Source: Bacilli bacterium (GTDB lineage: Bacteria; Bacillota_I; Bacilli_A; ML615J-28; CAG-698). Taken from it: a stretch of 64,000 bases of DNA. Of the stretch, positions 40,336-52,189 are shown one piece after another. Where the stretch lies: positions 506,853 through 570,852 of the forward strand of contig JBMNLZ010000003.1 in NCBI GenBank assembly GCA_050953065.1, given 5' to 3'. The notes beneath the pieces are model-generated. The model had not been told where the DNA came from, made no database searches, and saw only the letters and a program-made list of their open reading frames with translations. Position 1 is the first letter of the stretch. Every line of letters begins with the position of its first letter. The position numbers and the translations under genes were made by a program.

Positions 40336-41739
40336 TCATCCAATTGAATCCATTTCTAATTTAATCAATTGATTTAATTCAACAGCATATTCCATTGGTA
40401 ATTCTTTTGCAAAAGGTTCAATGAAACCCATCACAATCATTTCTAAAGCTTCTTTTTCTTTTAAACCGCGACTCATAAGATAAAACAATTGTTCATCACT
40501 TACCTTAGAAACAGTTGCTTCATGTTCAATTCGAGCTTGTTTGTTTTGAACAAAGTTAAAAGGAATTGTATCACTACTAGACATATTATCTAAAATAATT
40601 GTATCGCATTCAACTCTACTTCTTGCCTCAATTGCATTCTTAGAATGTCTAACCGTTCCTCTATAATTAACCTTCCCTCCACCCCTACAAATACTTTTTG
40701 AAATAATCGTAGATTTTGTATGAGGAGCAAGATGAATCATTTTAGAGCCAGTATCCTGAATTTGACCAGCTCCAGCAAAAGCAATAGAAATGGTAGTCCC
40801 TTTAGCATATTCTCCTTTTAAAATACAAGCAGGATATTTCATATTAAGAAGCGAACCAATATTCCCATCAATCCATTCCATATGAGCATATGCTTCACAA
40901 ACAGCTCTTTTAGTTACTAAATTAACAATATTATTAGACCAATTTTGAATTGTTGAATACCTACAATAACCTCTATCTTTAATGTATATTTCAACCACCG
41001 CAGCATGTAATGAATCAGCTGAATAAATTGGGGCTGTACATCCTTCTACATAATTTAGGCTAGCATCTTCTTCAACAATAATTAAAGTCCTCTCAAATTG
41101 GCCCATTCTAGCTGAATTGATTCTAAAGTATGATTGTAGAGGTTTTTCTATTTTTACTCCTTTAGGAATATAAATAAAAGACCCTCCACTCCAAACAGCA
41201 GTATTTAAGGCTGAGAATTTATTATCAGCATATGGTACAACTTTTCCAAAATATTCTTTAACAATTTCTGGATACAGTTTTACTGCAGTATCTGTATCAC
41301 AAAATATTACACCTTGTGCTTCAAGCTCAGCTAAATTATTATGATAGACTACTTCTGATTCAAACTGCGTAGAAACCCCTGCTAAATATTTCTTTTCAGC
41401 CTCAGGTATTCCTAACTTATCAAATGTATCTTTAATTTCTTCTGGAACATCTTCCCATTTATTTTCAACTTTATCACTTGATTTAATATAATAAACATAT
41501 TCATTAAAATCAATAAAATCTAATTTTGGACCAAAATTAGGTAGAGGCATTTTAATAAATTCATCATATGCTTTTAATCTAATCTGCCTCATCCAAAGAG
41601 GTTCACCCTTTATTAAAGAAATTTTTTCAACAACTTCCCTTGATAGTCCTCTTCCTGTATCGATTATAGTTTTCACATCAGTTTTAAAACCATATTGATA
41701 ATCTTTAATTACTTTTGAAATATCCTTATTCTTCATCAC
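40336..41739 (-). CDS. sufB: Fe-S cluster assembly protein SufB
   Basis: [43 protein letters not shown]. Confidence 0.97.
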   Translation of the reverse strand: MMKNKDISKVIKDYQYGFKTDVKTIIDTGRGLSREVVEKISLIKGEPLWMRQIRLKAYDEFIKMPLPNFGPKLDFIDFNEYVYYIKSSDKVENKWEDVPEEIKDTFDKLGIPEAEKKYLAGVSTQFESEVVYHNNLAELEAQGVIFCDTDTAVKLYPEIVKEYFGKVVPYADNKFSALNTAVWSGGSFIYIPKGVKIEKPLQSYFRINSARMGQFERTLIIVEEDASLNYVEGCTAPIYSADSLHAAVVEIYIKDRGYCRYSTIQNWSNNIVNLVTKRAVCEAYAHMEWIDGNIGSLLNMKYPACILKGEYAKGTTISIAFAGAGQIQDTGSKMIHLAPHTKSTIISKSICRGGGKVNYRGTVRHSKNAIEARSRVECDTIILDNMSSSDTIPFNFVQNKQARIEHEATVSKVSDEQLFYLMSRGLKEKEALEMIVMGFIEPFAKELPMEYAVELNQLIKLEMDSIG

Positions 41740-42151
41740 AAATCACCTTCTCTAATGCTTTCCAAGGTAGAGTTGCACATTTAATTCTAGCAGGGAATTT
41801 AGAGACTCCTTGATAAATACTAGCATCTTCTAACTTTTCACTAAATTCTTTTCCCATCAACATTTTAGAAAATTCATCAATTAACTCTCTTGCTTCAATT
41901 ACAGTTTTTCCCTCTAAAACTTCACTCATCACAGAAGCAGATGAGCAACAAATAGAACATCCTACTCCTTCATGGCGAATCTCTAAAATTTTACCATCAA
42001 TAATTTTAGCCTCAACTGTAATATCATCCCCGCAAGAAGGATTATTTAAATGAAAACTTTTATAGCCTTTTAATCCTTTATTTCTAGGATTTTTAGAGTG
42101 ATCCATAATCATGGCTCTATACATTGATTCTAAATTATTCACTAACTCCAC
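41726..42151 (-). CDS. sufU: SUF sulfur-transfer protein SufU
   Basis: [23 protein letters not shown]. Confidence 0.95.
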   Translation of the reverse strand: MELVNNLESMYRAMIMDHSKNPRNKGLKGYKSFHLNNPSCGDDITVEAKIIDGKILEIRHEGVGCSICCSSASVMSEVLEGKTVIEARELIDEFSKMLMGKEFSEKLEDASIYQGVSKFPARIKCATLPWKALEKVICDEE

Positions 42152-43344
42152 CTCTTAAAGAAAACAACAACTTCTTTAATTGCTTCAATAAATCTATCTA
42201 TCTCTTCTTTTGTATTATAAATATAAAATGAAGCTCTTAGCATCCCGCCGCTTACCTCAAAAAACTGACTAACAAGTTGAGCACAATGATGTCCTGCTCT
42301 TAAAGCAATTTTAAATTCATCAAAAAAAGTTGCTGCATCATGTGGATGAACTCCATTAATATTAAAAGCCAAAACCGCAAAATCACTATTTTGATTATAA
42401 ACAGTAATCCCACTAACATCTTTAATTTGTTCAAACAAATATTCTTTTAATTCTTGTTCGTGTTCTATAATTTTAGAAAAACCAATTTCATTATAGTAAT
42501 TTATAGCTTCTCTTAATCCAATCACTTCAGCAATCATCGGAGTGCCTGCCTCAAAGCGATGTGGAATATCTTTTACTTCTAACAAATCTTTCGTAACTGT
42601 TTCATTCATATCGCCACCATATTCAAGTGGAGATAATTTTGATAAAACTTCTTCTTTTCCATAAAGAACACCTACTCCAGTTGGCCCCATCATTTTATGA
42701 CCTGAAAATGCTAAGAATGTACAACCTAGTTTTAAAACATCCACTTTTAAATGAGGGATGGCTTGTGCAGCATCAATTATTGAAATAATATCCCTTTCTT
42801 TTATTAAATCAAGAATTTCTTCTAAAGGTGTAATATAGCCTAAAACATTAGAAACATAAGTTAGAGCAACTATTTTAGTTTTATTTGTTAAAACTTTTTT
42901 AAAATTGTCAAGCGTAATTTTCCCTTCATCAGTTAAAGGAACAAAAACTATTTTAGCACCTTTTCTTTTTGCTAACTGTTGCCAAGGTAGAAAACTTGAA
43001 TGATGTTCTAATTCTGAGGTAATGATTTCATCACCTTCATTAATTTGTTTTTCTAAAGATAACGCCACAAAATTTAGAGCACTTGTAACGTTTTTAAAAA
43101 AGATAGTTTCATTTGCTTTAGCATTAATAAACTCAGCAATTACTTCTCTTGAATATTCAAATTCTTTTGTTGCGATATAACTTGCATCATATACACCTCT
43201 GTGAATATTGACTCCATAATTAACATAATAATCATTCATCTTATCTAAAACTCTTTGAGGTTTAAGTGATGTAGCATTAGTATCTAGATATAATAATTCT
43301 TCATTGTTTACTAAAAACGGGAAATCTTTTTTAATATCTAGCAT
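42142..43344 (-). CDS. sufS: Cysteine desulfurase SufS
   Basis: NIHRG, EHHS, FSGHKM.GPTG, RAGHHCAQ. Confidence 0.96.
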   Translation of the reverse strand: MLDIKKDFPFLVNNEELLYLDTNATSLKPQRVLDKMNDYYVNYGVNIHRGVYDASYIATKEFEYSREVIAEFINAKANETIFFKNVTSALNFVALSLEKQINEGDEIITSELEHHSSFLPWQQLAKRKGAKIVFVPLTDEGKITLDNFKKVLTNKTKIVALTYVSNVLGYITPLEEILDLIKERDIISIIDAAQAIPHLKVDVLKLGCTFLAFSGHKMMGPTGVGVLYGKEEVLSKLSPLEYGGDMNETVTKDLLEVKDIPHRFEAGTPMIAEVIGLREAINYYNEIGFSKIIEHEQELKEYLFEQIKDVSGITVYNQNSDFAVLAFNINGVHPHDAATFFDEFKIALRAGHHCAQLVSQFFEVSGGMLRASFYIYNTKEEIDRFIEAIKEVVVFFKRWS

Positions 43345-43357
43345 AAACTAATACCTC

Positions 43358-44362
43358 CTATAAATATTCTTTAATCTTTGTTTTAAAATATTCTCTTAAA
43401 TTATCATTTGTTACAACTTGCAAGAAAGGTTCAATATAAGAATTAATTAATAATTCTTCAGCTTCTTTTTTAGTTAAACCACGACTCATAAGATAAAATA
43501 TATCATCATCATTTAGTGCTCCAATACTAGCACCATGACTAGCAACTACATCATTCTCGTCAATTTCTAGTTTTGGATTAGCACTAATCTCAGAGTTTTC
43601 ACCAAGTAGTAAGCCTCTTGATTTTTGATTTAAATCAGAATTTTTAGCGTTTTTTAAAATCTTACCATTTTGATTTAAATTAATAATAGACTCGCCCTTA
43701 CTAATTGCATAATTTCTTAATTTTGATGTATTGTTAGCGCCTTTATGAATAACATCATATTCATAGTTTTGGCTTAAATTACTATTATTAATAATTACAT
43801 TAAACATATCAACACTAGCATTTTCTTCTAAGAATACAACAGCATTAAAATGTCTAAATACATCTTTTAACATATAAAGTGACTTAACAGTTAACTTTGA
43901 ATCACCATAACAATATGCATTAAAAATAGTTGTTAAGTCATCGTTATTTCCTTGCATAAAACTTAGGTATTCTATTCTACTACTATCTTCTATTAAAAAA
44001 TCATTTTTAATATTAGTTTTAGCTTCAAAGCTTAAATAAATATCACAAATTTGAGCTTTAACTTTTGTTTTAGTACTTAAGATTTTATGAATATACTTTT
44101 CTTTATCTCCTAGATTAACAAGTTTTAATGTCATTGATTTTAATAAACAAATACTAATTGAATAAAGTGATTTCTCATCATTTATTCTTTCATATTCAGA
44201 AATCTCTTTATTATATAATAAATCCATTTCAGCACTTAAACTTATTTTAACTTCTTCATCGCTATAATCATTAGAGATAATTTTACCATTATAAATAATG
44301 ATATATTTATCCTCTCCTAATTCAGAAGTTATCAAAGCTTTGATATCATCAATGCTTTTCAT
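43358..44362 (-). CDS. sufD: Fe-S cluster assembly protein SufD
   Basis: [29 protein letters not shown]; position in operon. Confidence 0.9.
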   Translation of the reverse strand: MKSIDDIKALITSELGEDKYIIIYNGKIISNDYSDEEVKISLSAEMDLLYNKEISEYERINDEKSLYSISICLLKSMTLKLVNLGDKEKYIHKILSTKTKVKAQICDIYLSFEAKTNIKNDFLIEDSSRIEYLSFMQGNNDDLTTIFNAYCYGDSKLTVKSLYMLKDVFRHFNAVVFLEENASVDMFNVIINNSNLSQNYEYDVIHKGANNTSKLRNYAISKGESIINLNQNGKILKNAKNSDLNQKSRGLLLGENSEISANPKLEIDENDVVASHGASIGALNDDDIFYLMSRGLTKKEAEELLINSYIEPFLQVVTNDNLREYFKTKIKEYL

Positions 44363-45168
44363 TATTTTACCCTCTTAGCTTGACATGTTCCTAAAATAAC
44401 TTTTTCTTTTTCTGTGATACCAAGATCTACTCTTAACCAATCATAACCTTCTTGGTCAATTTTTTTAATTAAATCTTTTCCACCTGATAAAACAATTCTT
44501 CCATCCATAAAAATATGAACATGATCAACATCTAAATAATCTAATAGTCTTTCATAATGAGTTATAACTAAAGCACCAAAATCTGGGCTTTTCATTTTAT
44601 TAACATTCTCGCCAACTATTTTTAAAGCATCTACATCAAGCCCTGAATCTATTTCATCTAAAATCGCAAACGTTGGTTTTAATAGTTTCATTTGTAGGAT
44701 TTCATTTCTCTTTTTTTCTCCTCCACTAAAACCTTCATTTAAATACCTATTAGGTAAATCACTATTCATTTTCAAATCCGCTACAGCACCCTCTAATTCT
44801 CTAAAGAATTTAAACCAAGATAAGTGTTCTCCTTCATTTAGTCTAGCAGACATTGCTTGACGGATAAAATCAGAATTCGTAACGCCACCTATTTCACTAG
44901 GATATTGCATTGCTAGAAAAATTCCTTTTCTACTTCTTTCATCAACTGTCATCTTCAAAACATCCTCACCATTTAAAGTGATTTCACCCTTTGTTATTTT
45001 GTAGCGATAATGCCCCATAATCGCAGCTGCTAAAGTTGATTTACCAGTGCCATTAGGTCCCATAATTGCATGAATTTCACCAGCTTTAATTGTTAAATTA
45101 ACGCCTTTTAAAATTTCATAATTATCAACTTCACAATGTAGATTTTTAATTATTAATTCTTTATTCAT
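44362..45168 (-). CDS. sufC: Fe-S cluster assembly ATPase SufC
   Basis: GPNGTGKST, GFSGGEKKRNEILQ, LDEIDSGLDVD. Confidence 0.97.
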   Translation of the reverse strand: MNKELIIKNLHCEVDNYEILKGVNLTIKAGEIHAIMGPNGTGKSTLAAAIMGHYRYKITKGEITLNGEDVLKMTVDERSRKGIFLAMQYPSEIGGVTNSDFIRQAMSARLNEGEHLSWFKFFRELEGAVADLKMNSDLPNRYLNEGFSGGEKKRNEILQMKLLKPTFAILDEIDSGLDVDALKIVGENVNKMKSPDFGALVITHYERLLDYLDVDHVHIFMDGRIVLSGGKDLIKKIDQEGYDWLRVDLGITEKEKVILGTCQAKRVK

Positions 45169-46285
45169 AATCCATCAATCCTTTATATACATAATTTAAA
45201 TTACTTACTTCTTCATTAAAGGTAAAACTACTTAACAATCCACTTGAAACATAGATTTGTTTTTCTTCTTCGCTTTCATAAACAAAAACTGCTTCTAGTG
45301 CTTCATCTTCTTCAACAAACCTAAAACCTTCAACTAAACCTAAACCAAAAACAAAAGTTGACATAATATCTGCATAGGTAGAATCTTCAGTAATAATGCT
45401 TACTGCAAGCAGTCCATTATCAAAAGGGTATCCAGTTTTTGGATTAAGTAAATGATGATATAATTTATCATTATTATCTTTTATATATTTCTCATAAACT
45501 CCTGAAGTTACTAGCGCTTTGTTATAAGTGGTAATACTTCCAAAAAAGTATCCATCATGTCCTATCTGAACAAAAGGAGTTTGAATTTTCACATTCCATT
45601 CACTACCTTTATTTAATCCTAGTAAAACAATATTTCTACCAACATTAATTACAGCTGAAGAAATCTCTTCTTCCATTAAATATTCTTTTATTTTTTGAGC
45701 AGCATATCCCTTTACAACTGCTCCTAAATCAAGCGCCATTCCAACTTCTTCTAAATAAATAGAAGTATCTAAATCATTGAAAACAATTTTTGTTTGATCA
45801 GTTTTTAATAAAGCATTATTAATTTCTTCTTCTGTTGGAATAGTAGTACTTTCTTCTTTAATTCTTTTATTAAAATCCCACAAAAAACTTAAAGCACCAA
45901 GCGAAATATCAAAGATATCTTCATAGCCTTCTTTTAGGCTAAAACTATGAGCACATTTAACTAACTCATAGACTTCACTATCCACTACAACCGGACTAAT
46001 TCCAGCTTTATTATTAACTTTTTTTAAATCAGTTAAATAGTTAAAATTAGCTCTTTCTAAAACATTAAATTTTTTATCTAAATTAACTAAAATTGCTGTT
46101 GAATCTTTTTGAATTTTCAAAATTTTTGAAACAGGAATCATCTTTTCTTCATCTACTATTTGAAGTTCTGAAATTGTATTAAAGGCGTTGCCTAAATCAA
46201 GTCGGTAAAAACTTTTCCTATTACTTGTACAACCAACCATAAACATTATTAAAGATAAACTTACAATCATAATAATTTTTTTCAT
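45161..46285 (-). CDS. apbE: FAD:protein FMN transferase lipoprotein (ApbE)
   Basis: Lipobox MVGC; DLGAVVKGYA, VTSGVYE, HHLLNPKTGYP, ADIMST. Confidence 0.92.
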   Translation of the reverse strand: MKKIIMIVSLSLIMFMVGCTSNRKSFYRLDLGNAFNTISELQIVDEEKMIPVSKILKIQKDSTAILVNLDKKFNVLERANFNYLTDLKKVNNKAGISPVVVDSEVYELVKCAHSFSLKEGYEDIFDISLGALSFLWDFNKRIKEESTTIPTEEEINNALLKTDQTKIVFNDLDTSIYLEEVGMALDLGAVVKGYAAQKIKEYLMEEEISSAVINVGRNIVLLGLNKGSEWNVKIQTPFVQIGHDGYFFGSITTYNKALVTSGVYEKYIKDNNDKLYHHLLNPKTGYPFDNGLLAVSIITEDSTYADIMSTFVFGLGLVEGFRFVEEDEALEAVFVYESEEEKQIYVSSGLLSSFTFNEEVSNLNYVYKGLMDYE

Positions 46286-46395
46286 CTAGAACCTCTAAAC
46301 ATTATTTATTATATCAAAAGAAAAAAATTATTTCTCTTAATATTATAATTTTTTTATAAATAATTTAAATAAATGGTTTATTATCTTTAAACCAT

Positions 46396-47256
46396 TTATT
46401 TAGAAAAATATTCATTTACTTTTTCTTTAAATATATTAAATATTTCTCTAGCAATATATGCATCTTCTAATGCATCATGTGTTTGTTTATTTAATTCTTG
46501 ACCAGTATATTTTTCATATGTATTAAACAAACCTAAATCTTGTTTAGTATTTGAAAAAGTCTTAATAATATTCATTAGATTAATATATCTTTTTCTAACA
46601 TCTAATTTTGAAATATGATTAATTGAGAATGATTTTTCCATCGTGAATAAATCATTTCTCCCCCAAGCAAATATCTTCGCATCATATTTTTCAATAATAC
46701 TTTCTAATAATTGATAAAACTCAATATAAGAACAAGCATCACTAAAATCTTCTAATGACTTAGATAAAAACTTTAACGTTCTATTATTTAAAGCCATTGG
46801 TTTTAATGGTTTAACTAAAGATGAATCTTGGAAGACAATCTTACCGTTTTTATCTTCAACTATTATTCCATATTGCACAATTTCAGAACAATGTCTAAAA
46901 CTAGAAAAACTAGGTGGCAATGAAAACTCTAAATCCATAAAAATTTTATTTTCTTGTTTATTAATAAAATCCTTAATTTCTTCTCTAACTAATCTTATAT
47001 TAAATAAAACCTGATTTCTTCTAACAGAATAATTAGAAATCTTTATGAATTTTCTAACCTCATAACATAGAGTCCCTCTAATCATTTTAGGTTTCTTTTC
47101 TAATTTTAAAACTAGATATGGTCCATCATAAAAATATGGTCCATATTCTTTAAAAGCACTCGTTGCTAGATAGATATTGTATAATCTATTTTTATAGACA
47201 ATTTTTAAAATTCTGGTTTTAGGCTGAACGTCCAACACTTTCCCATATACTAACAT
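46396..47256 (-). CDS. DEDDh 3'-5' exonuclease (KapD-like) with N-terminal extension
   Basis: FMDLEF..EIVQYG, WGRND, HDALEDA motifs. Confidence 0.78.
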   Translation of the reverse strand: MLVYGKVLDVQPKTRILKIVYKNRLYNIYLATSAFKEYGPYFYDGPYLVLKLEKKPKMIRGTLCYEVRKFIKISNYSVRRNQVLFNIRLVREEIKDFINKQENKIFMDLEFSLPPSFSSFRHCSEIVQYGIIVEDKNGKIVFQDSSLVKPLKPMALNNRTLKFLSKSLEDFSDACSYIEFYQLLESIIEKYDAKIFAWGRNDLFTMEKSFSINHISKLDVRKRYINLMNIIKTFSNTKQDLGLFNTYEKYTGQELNKQTHDALEDAYIAREIFNIFKEKVNEYFSK

Positions 47257-47264
47257 AAAAACTC

Positions 47265-49001
47265 CTATTTTTTATCTATTAGTTTTTCTAAAGCTTTTCT
47301 TTGATCAACTGTTAAATTAAGACTTTCCAAAGTTTCTTTGACATCTGTTGATGCTGCAAGAGCTTTTAAAATCTTATTTAACTTTACTTTTCCAATTCCT
47401 TTAATTTTAGAAACCTCAGATTCTAAATTGCTTTTTGCATGAATACTTCTGTAATAACTAATCGCATAGCGATGAGTTTCATCTTGAATGTTTTCTAAGA
47501 ATAAAAACAACGAATCATTTTTTTCTAAATAAATTTCTTTTTTATCATAATAAATATATTCAAGTTTATGTTTATTATTTTTAACAAGTCCTACTACTTT
47601 TAAATTTAAATCTAACTTTTTTAAAGCATCAAGTGCAGCATTTACTTGTAATGCTCCTCCATCTATTAGAATTAAAGAAGGTAGGTCTAAAGCTTCTTCT
47701 TTTACTCTTTTATAACGCCTTAAGATAACCTCATTAATTAAACTAGCATCCCCTAAATTAGTAGTTTTACTTTTAAACTTCCTATATAAGTTTGGAGATT
47801 TAGCTAAATTTTTATATGTAACCATTGCACTAACTCTAAATTCACCTTGAATAGAAGAGTTATCAAATGATTCAATTAAAGAAGCATCATTAATTCCAAA
47901 AGTTTCTTTTAAACTTTTTTCTAAATTTTCTTCTTTTTTTAGTTTAAGTTCAATTACTTTTAAACTAGATTTTAACTTGTCTAAAGCATTTACTTTTACT
48001 AAGTCTAATAACTCTTTTTTTCTACCTCTTTTAGGAATAATAATTTTACTTTTTATTTCATCTGGTAAAACACTATAATCAGCCTCAGGCATAATCAATT
48101 CTTTTGGTAGTGGATTGTTATTATTTAAATAAAACTGACCAACAAAAGATAAAAAGTTTTCTTCAACATCTCCTTTTTCTTCAAAGAAAAAGGCATTTCT
48201 TTCAACCATCTTAGCATCTCTAATATGAAACACTTGAATACTTAATTTATCATCTAGATTAGCATAACCTATTACATCAGCCTCATATAAATCATTCATC
48301 ATTTTTTGTTTTTCTTTAATCACATTTAAATCACTAATAATATCTCTATATTCTTTAGCTTTTTCATAATCTAGCAACTCTGATGCTTCAAGCATTTTCT
48401 TTTCAAAATTTTTAATCTCATCAACTACATTCCCTTTTAAAAAACTTGTAATCTTATTAGTAATCTCTTTATAGGTTTCACTACTTATTCTATTAATACA
48501 AGGAGCAAGACATTGACCTAAATGATAATATAAACAAGGAGCCTTTAAAAGGCGCTTACACTTCCTTAAAGGATACATTCTATTAAGTAAATCAACTGTA
48601 GCCTTAGCTGCCTTAGCATTTGGGTAAGGTCCATAATATTTCGCCATTTTAGGCCTTAAATCTCGCGTGTAATAGATTTTCGGATTCTTTTCGTAAGAGA
48701 TTGCTATAAAGGGATAAGTCTTATCATCGGTCAAAAGAATATTATATTTTGGAAGGTGCTCTTTAATTAAATTCATTTCTAAAATAAAAGCTTCAGTTTC
48801 ACTTGATGTAATAATATATTCAAAATCTTTAACCAAACTAACCATCATTTGAGTTTTTTTATCATGCGAACCTGTAAAATATGAACTAACTCTTTTTTTT
48901 AAATCTTTAGCTTTACCTACATAGATTACTAGGTTCTTCTCATCTTTCATCAAATAACAACCAGGACTCGTAGGAAGTAAATTTAATTTTTCTTTAATCA
49001 T
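47265..49001 (-). CDS. uvrC: Excinuclease ABC subunit C
   Basis: PGCYLMK..YVGKAK GIY-YIG, CLYYHLGQC, ESFDNS, LIDGG, QDETHRYAI. Confidence 0.96.
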   Translation of the reverse strand: MIKEKLNLLPTSPGCYLMKDEKNLVIYVGKAKDLKKRVSSYFTGSHDKKTQMMVSLVKDFEYIITSSETEAFILEMNLIKEHLPKYNILLTDDKTYPFIAISYEKNPKIYYTRDLRPKMAKYYGPYPNAKAAKATVDLLNRMYPLRKCKRLLKAPCLYYHLGQCLAPCINRISSETYKEITNKITSFLKGNVVDEIKNFEKKMLEASELLDYEKAKEYRDIISDLNVIKEKQKMMNDLYEADVIGYANLDDKLSIQVFHIRDAKMVERNAFFFEEKGDVEENFLSFVGQFYLNNNNPLPKELIMPEADYSVLPDEIKSKIIIPKRGRKKELLDLVKVNALDKLKSSLKVIELKLKKEENLEKSLKETFGINDASLIESFDNSSIQGEFRVSAMVTYKNLAKSPNLYRKFKSKTTNLGDASLINEVILRRYKRVKEEALDLPSLILIDGGALQVNAALDALKKLDLNLKVVGLVKNNKHKLEYIYYDKKEIYLEKNDSLFLFLENIQDETHRYAISYYRSIHAKSNLESEVSKIKGIGKVKLNKILKALAASTDVKETLESLNLTVDQRKALEKLIDKK

Positions 49002-49028
49002 AGAACACTACTTTCTTATAAGGCAAAT

Positions 49029-49367
49029 TTATTTCTTATTTATTTCTTTAATAATTGCTTCGATTTTATTTCCATATTCTAACGATTCATCATATTTAAA
49101 AATTAATTCAGGAACTTTTCTAATTGTTAGAGCTTTACTTAATTTTGATTTAATGAATCCTTTAGCATCAAGCAAGTTTTGACTTGTTGATTTAATTTGT
49201 TCATCTGTTCCAATTACTCTATAATAAACTGTTGCATATGATAAATCTTTTGTAAGTTTTACTCCAGTAATAGTTACAAATCTTAATCTATCATCTTTAA
49301 CATCATTAAAAATAATTTTACCTAATTCTTTTTCAATAATACTAGCTACTCGATCACTACGTTGCAT
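49029..49367 (-). CDS. rbfA: Ribosome-binding factor A
   Basis: [19 protein letters not shown]; follows infB. Confidence 0.95.
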   Translation of the reverse strand: MQRSDRVASIIEKELGKIIFNDVKDDRLRFVTITGVKLTKDLSYATVYYRVIGTDEQIKSTSQNLLDAKGFIKSKLSKALTIRKVPELIFKYDESLEYGNKIEAIIKEINKK

Positions 49368-51630
49368 CTGTTACCTCTTTCATAGCAAAAGCTTCTACAA
49401 TATCTCCAACTTTAATATCATTAAAGTTTTCAATTGTTAGACCACATTCATAACCAAGTTTTACTTCTCTAACATCATCTTTAAATCTCTTCAAAGATGA
49501 AATCTTTCCTTCATAAACTACAATACCTTCTCTTATAAGTCTTACCATATTGTTTTTATGAATTGCTCCACTTGTTACATAACAGCCTGCAATAGTACCA
49601 ATTTTTGATGCTTTAAATGTATCTCTAACTTCTGCTTGACCCATAACTTTTTCTTCAAAGACAGGGTCTAACATTCCCTTCATCGCAGCTTCAATTTCTT
49701 CAATTACTTTATAAATAACTTTATGTAATCTAATTTCAATACCACGTTCTTTTGCATAGTCACTTACCTGTGCAGTTGGTCTTACGTTAAAACCAATTAC
49801 GATAGAATTAGACGCTACAGCTAAAGTAATATCAGTTTCAGTGATTTGACCAACACCAGCTCTAACAACATTAATCTTAGCACCTTCTACTTCAATTTGT
49901 TCTAGAGAAGACTTTAAGGCTTCAATTGAACCTCTAACATCTCCTTTAATGATTAAATTAAGTTCTTTTGTTTCTTCATCACCAAAAATTGTACTAAGCG
50001 AAACAGTTTTAGTTTTTTGAAGAGTTGCTGCTTCACGATTAACTCTAGCCTCTGCAACAAGTCTTGCAGTTTTTTCATCTTCAAAAACCATAAAACGATC
50101 TCCTGCTTCTGGAACATCAGTTAAACCAGTAATTCCAACAGGTTTAGATGGTAAAGCAACTTTTACATTCTTACCATTTTCATCATGCATTGATCTAATT
50201 TTTCCATATGTATTTCCAACAACAATTGGGTCTCCTACTTTTAAAGAACCATTCTTAACAAGTAAAGTAGCAATCGCACCACGCCCTTTATCAAGGCGTG
50301 CTTCAATTACACTACCAACACCTAATCTGTCAGGATTAGCTTTATATTGTTCCATTTCAGCAATAATTAAAATATAGTCAAGTAAGCTATCTACATTAGT
50401 TCCTTTCAAAGCAGAGATTTCAACAAAAATAGTATTTCCACCCCAAGCCTCAGCCACTAAATTATACTCAGTTAATTCTTGCATAATTCTACTAGGATCA
50501 GCAGTTGGTTTATCCATTTTATTAATCGCTACAATAATTGGAACTTTAGCTGCTTGAGCATGTTCAATTGCTTCTTTTGTTTGAGGCATCACACCATCAT
50601 CTGCTGCAACAACTAAAATAACAATATCAGTTACTTCAGCTCCACGAGCTCTCATTTCTGTAAAAGCTGCATGTCCTGGAGTGTCAATAAATGTAATAAG
50701 TTTTTTATTCTTTTCAACTTGATAGGCTCCAATATGTTGAGTAATTCCACCAAATTCACCACTAACAACTTTAGAATGTCTTATCGTATCAAGTAGAGTT
50801 GTTTTCCCATGGTCAACATGTCCCATAATAGTAACAATTGGAGGACGTTCTACTAATGATGCTTGATCATCTACAATATCAATATTTTCAAATTGAGTAA
50901 TATCAGTTGAAATTTTATCTTTAACTGTATAACCAAGTTCTAATGCTAACAACTCAACAACATCACGCTCTACACTTTGAGAAGCACTAACCATATAACC
51001 TAACATTACTAATTGCTTTACAACCTCACCAACTGGTTTATTAACCTCATCAGCAATCATTGCAACTGTCATATTATCATAATAATTAATAATTTTTTGA
51101 GAATCTAAATCAGCAATATTAGATTTTCTATTTCCTTTTAACTTGTTAGTTTTTTTAACATTTTTAATTCTAGCATATTCAGATTTAGAACTTTCATATT
51201 CTAAATATTTTTCATCATAGATTCTTGATAGTTCAATTTCTTGAATAATTTCTTCTTCTCTGAAAGTCTGAGTAATTGTTTCTTCTTTAACAGTTATCTC
51301 TTCTTTTGGTTTTGGAGGTTTTTGTTTTTTAGTTTCTTTTTCTTTCTTTTCAGTTGTCTTAGTTTCTAACTTTTCTTTTTCTTTTGTTTCTTCTTTTTCC
51401 ACGACAACAACTTCCTCTTTTGGAGGAGTTTCTTTTTTTACTCTTGGTCTTTTAATTTCTTTACCATATCTTTTACCTAAGTTTTTAACAATCTTAGCAT
51501 CGATATCAGTTTCTTCATCTGCTTTAATTGCAAGACCATCATATAATAACTGAATTAAATTTTCTAGAGTTTCTTCAACTCCTAGTTCATTTAATATTTC
51601 TAAAATTTCTTTAACTTTCATCCATTTCAC
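49357..51630 (-). CDS. infB: Translation initiation factor IF-2
   Basis: [29 protein letters not shown]. Confidence 0.98.
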   Translation of the reverse strand: MKWMKVKEILEILNELGVEETLENLIQLLYDGLAIKADEETDIDAKIVKNLGKRYGKEIKRPRVKKETPPKEEVVVVEKEETKEKEKLETKTTEKKEKETKKQKPPKPKEEITVKEETITQTFREEEIIQEIELSRIYDEKYLEYESSKSEYARIKNVKKTNKLKGNRKSNIADLDSQKIINYYDNMTVAMIADEVNKPVGEVVKQLVMLGYMVSASQSVERDVVELLALELGYTVKDKISTDITQFENIDIVDDQASLVERPPIVTIMGHVDHGKTTLLDTIRHSKVVSGEFGGITQHIGAYQVEKNKKLITFIDTPGHAAFTEMRARGAEVTDIVILVVAADDGVMPQTKEAIEHAQAAKVPIIVAINKMDKPTADPSRIMQELTEYNLVAEAWGGNTIFVEISALKGTNVDSLLDYILIIAEMEQYKANPDRLGVGSVIEARLDKGRGAIATLLVKNGSLKVGDPIVVGNTYGKIRSMHDENGKNVKVALPSKPVGITGLTDVPEAGDRFMVFEDEKTARLVAEARVNREAATLQKTKTVSLSTIFGDEETKELNLIIKGDVRGSIEALKSSLEQIEVEGAKINVVRAGVGQITETDITLAVASNSIVIGFNVRPTAQVSDYAKERGIEIRLHKVIYKVIEEIEAAMKGMLDPVFEEKVMGQAEVRDTFKASKIGTIAGCYVTSGAIHKNNMVRLIREGIVVYEGKISSLKRFKDDVREVKLGYECGLTIENFNDIKVGDIVEAFAMKEVTDAT

Positions 51631-51919
51631 CTCTTAACTTTTCAAAGGCTAAAGCAAAGCCTTTATCACTTATACCAATTATCTTCCTAGACTTTCCTAA
51701 TGCTTTTTCTAGTTCATTACTTGTAAAACTAAAATCACATCTAACATTATAATAAAAACATTTCTTTTCATATTTATCTTTAGTTCTTAAAGATACATCA
51801 CTTGCTACAAAAACCAAAAAAACATCTTTTAAAGATTTCGTTACTTTTTCATCTCCTGAAATAATTTTGCCTGCTTTATTAGCAAGACCTAATAAATTTA
51901 AAATCTTATTTTTGTTCAT
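51611..51919 (-). CDS. ylxQ: L7Ae/YlxQ family RNA-binding protein
   Basis: [16 protein letters not shown]; position in nusA-infB operon; likely start MNKNK. Confidence 0.85.
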   Translation of the reverse strand: MNKNKILNLLGLANKAGKIISGDEKVTKSLKDVFLVFVASDVSLRTKDKYEKKCFYYNVRCDFSFTSNELEKALGKSRKIIGISDKGFALAFEKLRGEMDES

Positions 51920-52178
51920 TATTGATAATATCAATTAACTCCTGATAGATTTCATCTTTAATAGTTGTTTCTAAATGTTTTTCTAAAACTTTTTTTTGTT
52001 TTGCTATACCTACTGCCTCAAGCGATTTAGAAAGATAAGCACCTCTACCATTTACTTTACCAACTAAATCAATTTTAACTTCGCCTTCTGGTGTTCTAAC
52101 AATTCTAATCATTTCTTTTTTTGGAAGTTGAATTTGAGTAGCAACACATTTTCTTATAGGGACTTTTTTTGGTTTCAT
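51906..52178 (-). CDS. ylxR: YlxR/RnpM family protein
   Basis: PIRKCV..KKEMIRIVR..GRGAY. Confidence 0.92.
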   Translation of the reverse strand: MKPKKVPIRKCVATQIQLPKKEMIRIVRTPEGEVKIDLVGKVNGRGAYLSKSLEAVGIAKQKKVLEKHLETTIKDEIYQELIDIINNEQK

Positions 52179-52189
52179 TTTAAAACTCC

